Origin: Podarcis erhardii
Taxonomy: Eukaryota
DNA length: 64,000 nt
Direction: 5' to 3' (one strand)
Assembly (NCBI GenBank): GCA_964252035.1
Contig: OZ176207.1
Below the pieces are notes generated by a model, which was not told where the DNA came from, made no database searches, and saw nothing but the letters and a program-made list of their open reading frames with translations. The position numbers and the translations under genes were made by a program. How positions within the stretch are numbered: the first letter of the stretch is position 1; each line of letters opens with the position of its first letter. Below, one piece after another: positions 47,981 through 58,638 of this stretch.

Positions 47981-48596
47981 ATGAACAAGACAATTGTCTT
48001 GTGAAAATTTAGCAGGGAAAGGGTGAGATGGGCCTCTCAAAAAAAGGAGTTCTGGGGCTTGGGTGCTACAATCCAGAAGACCTTGTCCCACACATACTTA
48101 GCAAGCGGTACTCAGACATGAGGCAGAAGCTCTGGTTTTTAAAAACTAGATATAGAGGCAAGAGGATCTGGTTGGTTACGGAAGTTGGATCAAGAGCTGG
48201 AAGTCTGGTAAATATCATTTCCCTCATTATCTGTGGCCTTTTATTAGAATCCTGATCCCTCACCTTGGTTTAATTTAAATGGCTAGCCCACATCATTTAG
48301 GTAGACATGCCTAAATTCTTCCAGACCCAGTCATTACCATCAGAAGGAAGAGCTGTGGTTTGTACTGGTGACATCAAGGGTTGCAGTAGAAGCAATTTTA
48401 CCTTTAGACTGATTTTAAAACAACAACAACAAACAGAAAGATCTGAGGATCTCAGCCCTTACATCAAGTAATATTTCCTACAATCCATCAATCTTGTGAG
48501 TCAAACCATAACTGTGCTGTTACAAAAATGGGATTTCTTCAAAACGGAAGTTTAGGTCTCCATGGAACAGTTGAAGCTGTTAATGAAGAAAGGCAT

Positions 48597-48974
48597 GTAG
48601 TTTTGCAAGTATCTTTTAAGCACCTTCTAACTACATTGAAAAATCAGAACTCCTATTAGAATAAACAAGTCTCGTTTCAAATATTGGAATACTAAATAAG
48701 ATGGATAACAATGTGTAATAGAAAAAGAAATATGAAATTAGGTTAAAAGTGTGTGAAAGAAAGTAATAGAAGTAGAAAGAAATTGCAGTTGAGTAGATTG
48801 GAAGTCTAACACAAAGGGTGAGGGGTGGTGGATGGTGATGGGAATTATCTGTGGGATTGAGTGTAGGTATGTTGTAGGTATGTAGGTATGTTGTATGAAA
48901 TGTATGTTTGTATGTTTGTATGTGTATTAATGTTGAATTATTTTAACAATAAAAATTATAATAATAATAAAAAA
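48597..48974 (+). mobile_element. 5'-truncated L1-like 3' end
   Basis: AATAAA plus (ATA)n/A tail; 12-bp TSD GAAGAAAGGCAT at 48585-48596 and 48975-48986. Confidence 0.7.
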
Positions 48975-49435
48975 GAAGAAAGGCATCTGTGAGCCTTCAA
49001 ATTTATATAGAAAGTGAAAAGATCTGGAGTCTTTATCTGTAGAATTTTTTTTCCTGCAGAATGATTGTGCAGTTTTTATTCATCTGTTGTGGGGATTCAG
49101 ATTCCCTCCTCACCTCAAGGCAGAGTTTTAGCTGTGGAGATTTAGGATGATAGCCAACTAAATCATGCTCAAAGGAGACCCACTGAAATAAATGGACTTG
49201 TGTATGACTAATATGACTAAGATTGGACACTAATCATCACTTAAACCACTGTAATGTGTTGCCCAGGGTGAATGATTTCTATCCAGACATCGTATCATTC
49301 ATGACAAAGAGTGCTGTCTAGCATTGGCAGTCCTGATGCACATTATTGCCCCAGCAGGGAATTTGTTCTTGATGACTTATGAGAGTCTTCCCATCTCTAT
49401 GGTTTCAGACTTAGTGCTTCAAAACCATTTTTGCC

Positions 49436-51615
49436 TGGAACTGGCGGAAATGACTGGCAGAATCCGAGACCAGGGAGATGAGTCGGTGGGAGAAGATTGG
49501 AAAAAAATTAAAGATTATTTACAGAAATATTGTAAAATTATTATTTTTTATAATAATTTTTATTAATTTTCATAAACAAAAAACACACAAAAAAAACATT
49601 CACAAACAACACATGACTTCCCCATACCTCCCCTTCACTGCACCCTTGTTTCCAATTTTTTAGCAATCCTTCATTCCATTTCTATATTTAACTTCCCTCA
49701 GGTTCTCTTAACTTAAACATTTACAGCTATAATTCTCTGTTTCTTACCCCTTGACATTTTATCAGTCTGAAATTTTACAGCAGTTCTTAAGATATATTTT
49801 AAATTTTTTCCAGTCCTCTTCCACTGTCTCTCTCCTCTGATCACGGATTCTGCCGGTCATCTCTGCCAGTCCCATAAATTCAGTCACCTTCGTCTGCCAT
49901 TCTTCCAGAGTAGGTAATTCTTGCATCTTCCAATACTTTGCCAAGAGAATTCTTGCTGCTGTAGTTGCATACATGAAAAAAGTCCTATCTTTTTTTGGTA
50001 CCAATTGGCCGACCATACCCAAGAGAAAAGCCTCCGGTTTCTTTGCAAATGTCCACTTAAGGATTTTCTTAATTTCATTATAGATCATTTCCCAGTAGGC
50101 CTTAATCTTTGGGCAGGTCCACCAAAGGTGGTAGAAAGTTCCTTCACATTCGTTACATTTCCAGCATTTGTTATTGGGCAAATGATATATCTTTGCAAGC
50201 TTGACTGGGGTCATGTACCACCTATAGATCATTTTCATTATGTTTTCTTTCAAGGCACTACATGCCGTAAATTTAAGGCCTGTGGTCCATAACTGTTCCC
50301 AGTCAGCAAACATAATATCATGACCTAAGTCTTGTGCCCATTTGATCATAGCTGATTTGACCGTTTCATCCTGTGTGTTCCATTTCAGCAACAAGTTATA
50401 CATTTTAGACAAATTCTTAGTATTGGTCTCTAACAGTTCTGTTTCCAATTTTGACCTCTCCTTCTGAAATCCTAGTTTCCTGTCCTGCTTAAAAGTCTCA
50501 TTTATCTGATAATAGTGTAACCAGTCTCGAACTTTGGATTTTAGTTTCTCAAAGCTCTGTAATTTAACTTTTTCACCGTCATATTCTATAATTTCACAAT
50601 ATTTTGGCCAATTAGAATCCATATTAAGTTTTTTCACCGCTCTAGCTTCCATTGGTGACAACCATCTGGGAGTTTTACTTTCCAACAAATCCTTATATCG
50701 ATTCCAAACATTATACAAAGCTTTCCTGACAATATGATTTTTAAAGCCTTTATAAACCTTTGCCTTGTCATACCATAGATATGCATGCCAGCCAAAATTA
50801 TTATCATACCCTTCCAAGTCTAAAATGTCTGTATCTTCAAGAAGTAGCCATTGCTTCAACCAGCAGAAAGCTGCTGCTTCGTAGTAAAGTCTTAAGTCCG
50901 GCAGAGCAACCCCCCCCCCTATCTTTTGCATCAGTTAAAATCTTAAATTTTATTCTGGGCTTTTTGCCCTGCCAGACAAATTTGGATATATCTTTCTGCC
51001 ACTTCTTGAAACAGTCCATCCTATCTAGAACTTGCAATGTCTGAAACAAAAACAACAATCTCGGCAATACATTCATCTTGATAACAGCAATTCGGCCTAA
51101 CAAGGATAGTCTCAACCTAGACCATATGTCAAGATCTTTCTTAACTTCCGACCAACATTTTTAGATTATTTAAAGATTATTTACAGAAATATTGTAAAAT
51201 TAATGAGCTTTAGAAAAATGGTGGAATGAAGTTATATGGCTTTGGCAGAAATGTTATAAGGAATTAGGTACAGATAGATTGTTAATGGGGAAAAAAAAAA
51301 GGTTAGAACATGTTAAGATTAATTACAGGACAGAAAATAGAGGAAGATGGAAAGGAATTGCTGAAATAGTTAATTGAAGTGGAATACAAAAAGGGAGGCG
51401 TGAGGAAGTCAATGAAACAAGTGTATGAAAGTTAAGATTGAAAATATTGGAAGTGTTTTTAATTGTTTTTGTTTTGTTTTGTTAATTCAATGTTTTATGT
51501 CGTGTTTTTTGTTTTTGTTTTTGTATTGTATTATATTGATTTGTTTAATGCTTTCTTTTTCTTATTCTGTAATTTCTAAACTCTTAATAAATATTATTTA
51601 AAAAAACAAAAAAAC
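49436..51615 (+). mobile_element. Outer 5'-truncated L1-like element (pieces 49436-49540 and 51203-51615), split by a nested L1
   Basis: ORF2 end LELAEMTGRIRDQGDESVGEDWKKIKDYLQKYCK|INEL*, then 3' UTR, AATAAA and A tail. 15-bp TSD AAAACCATTTTTGCC at 49421-49435 and 51616-51630. Confidence 0.88.
49541..51169 (-). mobile_element. Inner L1-clade LINE, ORF2 post-RT region with CCHC knuckle
   Basis: ORFs LSLLGRIAVIKMNVLPRLLFLFQ... and 49762-50931 (CWKCNECEGTFYHLWWTC) joined by a frameshift in the C10 run at 50910-50919. Flanked by a 33-bp duplication. Confidence 0.92.
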
Positions 51616-51887
51616 AAAACCATTTTTGCCATAAACGCATTGCAGTTGGGACCATTGCAGACCTGATGCTTTCAGAAGTTTCAGTTCGTAACTGTAGTCT
51701 CATTAGTGTTGTGGAGCATGTCAGGATGTCTATTTTTGGCTAACATTCCTATAAAAATGTAAAATGCTTTTCCCAGCATGTGCTCTTAAGAGCTGTGGAT
51801 CTTGCTGAGCTCTAGACAAAATAGACTGGAAAGTTCCTCCTCCTCTAATTGTTTTAGATGATTACATAATGTTGTGGCTGTTTTAAC

Positions 51888-52240
51888 TAGGGATGGGGGT
51901 GGGTGCGGAATGAGTTCAGTTCACATTTTAATGTGAACCTCCAAAATCCTCACTTCCTGGACCAACACACCTGCAAACACACAGCTCTTGGAATTCATAC
52001 TTCTCTGAATTTTGTGGTGCAGTTCTCCAAACAAACATTGCATACATATGTACATATTGGTGAAAAGTGCAGGCAAATAAGTGTGTGTATCTGTGAAGAT
52101 ACAAATGCATTCTTGTAGGGGACTGTTTGCAAACATGTCTATACTTGGCAATATTGCATACACAAATAAATGAATTAGGAGGAATACACATGAAAATGTC
52201 TTCAAATTTCCATGCAAGCTCCATCAACAAACAAACATAA
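51888..52240 (+). mobile_element. Decayed non-autonomous DNA-transposon-like repeat (TAGGGATGGGG terminus)
   Basis: Shares AGTTCACATTT/AAATGTGAA motifs and an AT-rich repetitive interior with 53303-53779 in the opposite orientation. Confidence 0.5.
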
Positions 52241-53181
52241 GTAGAAATAAGGCAACCTGAACAATTTGTATACTGCTTAATTACCGTATACAGCGTACCG
52301 TAGAAGCAAGGCAATAAGACTAAAATTGCAGCAAATTTCACTGGAAAAGGTAACAGAAAGAAAAACTCTGCAGCTAGAATAATGGTGGCCATAATGGTAG
52401 GGAAAAGCCTACATAATAATCAAATTTGACAGTTAACATCTCATTCTAATACTTCTTCCTTGGGAGGTTCTAATGTATTTATGAATAAAAACTCCCGTGT
52501 TTAAAGGAAGCTACGCAAATGTCCTGCCAGTGGTTTATCCTCTGCTATATTTTACTCTGGAGGAGTTGCAGTTAATTGACTACTTTTTCATGACACACGT
52601 GCTGCTAGTTGGTTCACAGGCAATCTTTGTTTGTACAATTTTGACTTGTCACAGGATTGGGACCAAACAAGTCACCCAAGTCAGGAACTAGGCATTGTCA
52701 TAGGTTAGCAACCAAGAGGTTTGTTCTGAGGACAAACAGAAAACAAAACTAAATAAAATTGGGGCAGGGTGATGGAAAGCCAAGGACCTAGTTCTCAAAC
52801 ACAGCAGGTGATGTTGTAAGTTTGTGTCTCTACAGGTGGGGGAACATATGAATGAATGTTTCTCCATGGAGAATTCCCGCCCCCCGCCCCTGCGCATATA
52901 AAATAGGTGGCAGAGGGAAAAGCTCTAGCCCAGGAGTAGGCAAAATCCGGGCTTATGAGCTCTATTTTCTTTTTACTAGATCCCCCATATCCATTAACCT
53001 CATCGTCTTAGAGTGGATCCCTGTGTGGATGAGCCAAGAGACAAGCAAATCCTGACATGACAAGCCAATAAATTGAAGCACCATTTGAAAGGTACTGTAC
53101 TAGAAGATACATCCAGAAGAGGTGGGTGATGCTTATTCTAAAAAACTCTTTGTTGTGGAAGCCCAGAGTCACAGGTATTTT

Positions 53182-53221
53182 GGTATCTGAAGAAGTGTGC
53201 ATGCACACGAAAGCTCATACC
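53182..53221 (+). ncRNA. Minimal type I hammerhead ribozyme motif
   Basis: Stem I GGTAT/ATACC, CTGAAGA box 53187-53193, stem II GTGTGC-AT-GCACAC, GAAA 53209-53212, palindromic AGCT in place of stem III, cleavage triplet CUC ending 53216. Confidence 0.8.
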
Positions 53222-53281
53222 TAGAACTAACTTAGTTGGTCTTTAAGGTGCTACTGGAAGGAATTTTTTTATTTTGTTTTG
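53183..53281 (+). mobile_element. 99-bp Penelope-like element (pseudo-LTR fragment)
   Basis: GTATCTGAAGAAGTGTGCATGCACACGAAAGCTCATACC...GGTCTTTAAGGTGCTACTGG; 10-bp TSD AGGTATTTTG at 53173-53182 and 53282-53291. Confidence 0.85.
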
Positions 53282-53302
53282 AGGTATTTTGAGGGTTAGT
53301 CT

Positions 53303-53779
53303 TAGAGATGGGGGGAATCTGCCAATTTTGGTTTCTTTTTTTATCCCTTTTCCAGTCTTAAAGTTCAGTTCTCTATATTTCCACATCTTCTTAAAGTCCT
53401 TATGAAAATCAATTTGTGATTATTAAAACAAATGAAAATCAATGGTAGTGAATTTCAGTGCCCATCTTTCTTAATGTAACACATTTTTGTAAGCAATTTT
53501 ATCTTGTCATACACATATTTGTAAGCAATTTTCCCTAATACAATATTTTTTGGCATGCTATTTTCACTAATACCTGCAATTTTTATGTGAACTTTCCCCT
53601 GCTATATACATTTTTGTATAATTGGCTAGAGAACGGCACTGCAAAATTGGGGGAAATGTGAATTTTGAAGAATGGGTGCATTTTGGTTCATGTATTGTTC
53701 TGGGACAGGCAAATTATGTATGCTTGCCTTTAAATGTGAAGTGAATCCTATTTGTGTATTTACTATTTCCCCACCCCTC
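53303..53779 (-). mobile_element. Decayed non-autonomous DNA-transposon-like repeat
   Basis: Termini TAGAGATGGGGGG / TTCCCCACCCCT; related to 51888-52240. Confidence 0.55.
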
Positions 53780-53805
53780 GCCTATGTGCATCCTGCTCTT
53801 CTTTG

Positions 53806-55014
53806 AAACCTGATCTCATTTTTTGACAGAATTACAAGCCTGGTAGATGAAGGGAACGCAGTGGATGTAGCCTACCTTGATTTCAGCAAGGCATTTGACA
53901 AGGTGCCCCATGATATTCTTGTAAAGAAGTTGGTAAAATGTGGACTTGACTATGCTACCACTCAGTGGATTTGTAACTGGCTGACTGACCGAACCCAAAG
54001 GGTGCTCATCAATGGTTCCTCTTCATCCTGGAGAAGAGTGACTAGTGGGGTGCCACAGGGTTCTGTCTTGGGCCCGGTCTTATTCAACATCTTTATCAAC
54101 GACTTGGATGATGGACTCAAGGGCATCCTGATCAAATTTGCAGATGACACCAAACTGGGAGGGGTGGCTAACACCCCAGAGGACAGGATCAAACTTCAAA
54201 ACGACCTTGACAGATTAGAGAACTGGGCCAAAACAAACAAGATGAATTTTAACAGGGAGAAATGTAAAGTATTGCACTTGGGCAAAAAAAATGAGAGGCA
54301 CAGATACAAGATGGCTTGAGAGCAGTACATGTGAAAAGGATCTAGGAGTCTTGGTTGACCACAAACTTGACATGAGCCAACAGTGTGACGCGGCAGCTAA
54401 AAAAGCCAATGCAATTCTGGGCTGCATCAATAGGAGTATAGCATCTAGATCAAGGGAAGTAATAGTGCCACTGTATTCTGCTCTGGTCAGACCTCACCTG
54501 GAGTACTGTGTCCAGTTCTGGGCATCACAGTTCAAGAAGGACACTGACAAACTGGAACGTGTCCAGAGGAGGGCAACCAAAATGGTCAAAGGCCTGGAAA
54601 CGATGCCTTATGAGGAACGGCTAAGGGAGCTGGGCATGTTTAGCCTGGAGAAGAGGAGGTTAAGGGGTGATATGATAGCCATGTTCAAATATATAAAAGG
54701 ATGTCACATAGAGGAGGGAGAAAGGTTGTTTTCTGCTGCTCCAGAGAAGCGGACACGGAGCAATGGATCCAAATTACAAGAAAGAAGATTCCACCTAAAC
54801 ATTAGGAAGAACTTCCTGACAGTAAGAGCTGTTCGACAGTGGAATTTGCTGCCAAGGAGTGTGGTGGAGTCTCCTTCTTTGGAGGTCTTTAAGCAGAGGC
54901 TTGACAACCATATGTCAGGAGTGCTCTGATGGTGTTTCTTGCTTGGCAGGGGGTTGGACTCGATGGCCCTTGTGGTCTCTTCCAACTCTATGATTCTATG
55001 ATTCTATGATTCTA
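53806..55014 (+). mobile_element. 5'-truncated CR1 LINE (RT domain to 3' tail)
   Basis: RT motifs YLDFSKAFDKV, GVPQGSVLGP and FADDT; frameshift at about 54311-54314; stop 54927-54929; 3' UTR ends (CTATGATT)3. Confidence 0.96.
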
Positions 55015-56104
55015 GGTTAAAGTCTTTTTCGCTTGAGGAATAGAACTACATTATATGCTTTTCAAGCCATTCTCCGTGTCGTACCATCATTCTTAGGAAA
55101 GTGTGAGGCAACATGAGTTAAGTATCAAAATCAGTGACTCTTTTGCTGAGTGCCTTTAAATTCTTTCCTTTTAATGAGGCCGTTTTATCTGCATAATTGC
55201 ACGGACTCTGTGCATTAATGAGCCATCCACCGATCTCCCCAAAGGAAATTGTCCCACTCGCTGTCGGTCACCAACAACATTTTACAGTGAGAAGACAAGA
55301 TAAGGAGAATATGCTTTGTGATATCACAAAGGAAATGGCCTTCATTAGGTGCTACTAAAAATATTAGGGAATGAGCATGCTCAGATTACTTTCCCAGCTG
55401 CTCTTAATGTAGCTAGTTAATAACAAGCCCTGTCATCTCATCCCCTTGATGCTCCGGAGCTAGAAATTTGAATTAATACTCTGTCCATGTCAGGCTTCAA
55501 AGTGCAGATATCTTTAGGGCTGTATGTGAGGGGATTTCTCTTGTAGCATTTCCACTTCACCAGCCCTTTGGGTTATAAGGTTCTGAATATTCAGTGTGGA
55601 TTGATGAAAGGCATTTAAAGTAAACTGAGCATTGCTTCCCCCTGCCTCCATCTTTGAAGCTTCTGCATGTCAACTTTCAGCCTTCGCCCCCCCTTCACCA
55701 ACTTATGAATAATTTAAGATCAAACTGGAAGTATTAGCAAGTATATGCATGGTTTCTTCCCTTCTTATTTTTTGAAAACCTCAGATCTGACATTAAATGA
55801 ATCTTCCGTGCAACACTTGACTGATCCAGAAATGCTGAAGCTTCATTTTTATGCTCTCGGTTTGACTGACTGATATTCCAAGAAATACCTTTAACTGGTA
55901 GACTGGTATATGTTTTATTCCATTCAGAGCTTTCATCTTCTGTGTTAGAAAGACACTGATATAGGCACAAATGCTATAATCTTTTGATAACATCGAAAAA
56001 TAGGGGGGAAAGGATCATACAGCATATTGTCCACTTACGGGGACAGAAATGAACCTTTTTTGTCCTACAGATAACTGGGGAAATCTATGAATGCACAAGC
56101 TGCA

Positions 56105-56195
56105 GGGTTGTGATTGACAGGTGAAATTCCAGCCCAATTCAAAATACTGGTTTTAACTGTTAAAGCTGTAAATGGTTCAGGATCAAATTACTTAA
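56105..56195 (+). mobile_element. L2 ORF2 fragment
   Basis: AQFKILVLTVKAVNGSGSNYLKDC matches the L2 C-terminal motif pattern. Confidence 0.6.
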
Positions 56196-56214
56196 AGGAC
56201 TGCTGGACCAGTAA

Positions 56215-56591
56215 AAAGGTAAAGGACCCCTGGACTGTTAAGTCAATTCAAAGGCGACTATGGGGTGCGGCACTCATTTCACTTTTCAGGCCAAGGGAGC
56301 CAGTGTTTGTCCACAGACAGTTTTCCGGGTCATGTGGCCAGCATGACTAAACCGCTACTGGCTCACAGAGGATTGTGACGGGTGCCAGAGTGCATGGAAA
56401 TGCCGTTTACCTTCCCGCCACAGCAGTACCTATTTATGTACTTGCACTGGTATGCTTTCGAATGGCTAGGTTGGCAGAAGCTGGGACAGAGCAGCAGGAG
56501 CTCATCCCGTTATGCGGATTTGAACTGCTGACCTTCCTACTGGCAAGCCCAAGAGGCTCAGTGGTTTAGACCACAGCATCACCCACGTCCC
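56215..56591 (-). mobile_element. Sauria-type SINE, diverged subfamily
   Basis: Reverse-strand head GGGACGTGGGTGATGCTGTGGTCTAAACCAC, body, and TTTACCTTT tail. Confidence 0.85.
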
Positions 56592-56787
56592 TCCCAGACC
56601 AGGAGTGCAGAAAGTTTGGTCCTCCAGATGTTGCTGAACTACCAATCCCATCAAAATCTTATCAACATCCAAGTGTGGAGCTATAGGAGAACAACGGTCT
56701 GATGGCAACTTAGCAATTTTGTTTTATGTGGGGGAAAATGAGAGCTGCTGTTGCTGCGTATTCTTTTGTCGCCTTAGAATTTATTTA

Positions 56788-57013
56788 CAGTGGTACCATA
56801 ATCCGTTCTGGAAGACCGTTTGAGTTCTGAAACTTCCGAAAACCAAAAACTCAATAGCCAGCTAGGCCTCAGGATCTTGCACTCAGTGGAAACCGCGTGG
56901 CATGTTCGACTTCCGAGGCATGTTCGAAAACCAAAGCATTTACTTCAGGGTTTATGGTGTTTGAAAACCGAAATGTTTATCAATGGAGACGTTCAAAAAC
57001 TGAGCTACCACTG
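56788..57013. mobile_element. Tigger/pogo-like MITE, family C
   Basis: TA|CAGTGGTACC...GCTACCACTG|TA with internal TTCG/CGAA repeats. Confidence 0.8.
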
Positions 57014-57607
57014 TATTTTAAAAGACCGATAGGAACTGCACACAAGCTTTCTTTTCAGGTGGTAAATGATAGCACACAAATCTTTCCCATAGCACAGCTA
57101 TTCATAACACGCAGCTTTTGCACTTCTGTGGCTATGGATGAGACTTTCAGAAGCATCCACAAAGAGAACAGTTAAGATGCGCTTTGTGCAGAAAGGTCCT
57201 TGGAGCTCAACAAGTAGGAAAGTCTTGCAGGGCTAAGAAACTGTGGTAAGTCTTGATGGGGCTGACAGCTGAAGCTGTAAATTCCTGGGAAGCTGGAACA
57301 AATTCATTAACAACTCTTCTGCTAATTTAATTAGGAAATTAATGCTGAAAGCTGTGTTGCTTGACTCATTAGTTCTTCTTTTGTCAGTCACAGCTGTTAA
57401 CATCTTCCTTAACATATGTTAAAATCCTTTTGGGTTTTTTGCCCTTAGCTTGTAAACCCTACATATTTCCTTTTGTATATGCTTTCTGTGTAATGTGTTA
57501 AGTCCTTAAGCAATATTAGTGCAGGGAGTTTGCACAGCAGATCTGTCATGACAAATTTTCCCTCTGAGAAGGGAAAGCTTGAGGCTCATTTTGGAAACTT
57601 TATTTAA

Positions 57608-57668
57608 GCAAACAAACAAACCAACAAACCAACAAACCAACCAACCAACAAACAAACAAACCCAACAA
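57608..57668. repeat. (AAAC/AACC)n compound microsatellite
   Basis: Directly visible tetranucleotide repeats. Confidence 0.9.
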
Positions 57669-58291
57669 CACTTATTCGGTTTAAGCTTTAAAATAGTCAT
57701 TTGGGCATTGCCTGGACTCAAAGAGGCTTTTCAAGAATACAAAGCGCTTTTCTGGAAGTATTCAAGCAGATGTTGGATGGCTGTCTTTCAAGAATTCTGT
57801 CAGCTGCAAGATTCCTGCATTGACAGAGGATTGTAGTAGATGATCGTAAACAGGTGTGGGGAACTTTTGGTCCTCCAGATGTTTCTAAAATAAATTCCCA
57901 TCATCCCTGGTCATCTTCTGTATTATTAACCACTCCCCTCCCCCACCAACCCCAACAAAAGTCCTTGGAAAAACCTCTTGGTTTAAATTCCGACTAGAAC
58001 TGTTGATAGATTGACAGGTAGAAAACCGAGTTCTTATTAAATGGCAATTCCAAGTCAATAACAGCTCACTTTGCAGGAGCAACTGACAGATCGTGAAAGT
58101 CTGATGCTATATGTTGTCAAGGAGATCCATCTACTACAGCAAGCTTTTTTGTGTATGTGCATGGCCATCCAGGAATTAAGTAAGAGGTTTCTTATCCCAA
58201 GTGATTTGCAAAAATAGTGGATAGTGTAGCTTCTGCTTTCTTTACTATCTTAATATTGCTTTTCAAAGAGGGACTCCCTGGTTATTTATAT

Positions 58292-58638
58292 AAAGGTAAA
58301 GGGACCCCTGACCATTAGGTCCAGTCGTGACCGACTCTGGGGTTGCGGCACTCATCTCACTTTATTGGCCGAGGGAGCCGGCGTACAGCTTCTGGGTCAT
58401 GTGGCCAGCATGACTAAGCCGCTTCTGGCGAACCAGAGCAGCGCATGGAAACGCCATTTACCTTCCCACCAGAGCGGTACCTATTTATCTACTTGCACTT
58501 TGATGTGCTTTCAAACTGCTAGGTTGGCAGGAGCAGGGACCGAGCAACAGGAACTCACCCCGTCGCGGGGAATCGAACCGCCGACCTTCTGATCGGCAAG
58601 TCCTAGGCTCTGTGGTTTAACCCACAGCGCCACCCGTG
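58292..58638 (-). mobile_element. Sauria-type SINE
   Basis: Reverse complement of the 34926 copy; TTTATATA duplicated at 58285-58292 and 58639-58646. Confidence 0.92.

Noticed and set aside
49762-50931. 389-aa ORF as a novel host gene
   Set aside because: It is an L1 ORF2 C-terminus with a CCHC knuckle inside a TSD-bounded retrotransposon, with no splice structure.
53861-54929. 152-aa and 212-aa ORFs as genes
   Set aside because: They are two frames of one CR1 reverse transcriptase broken by a deletion.
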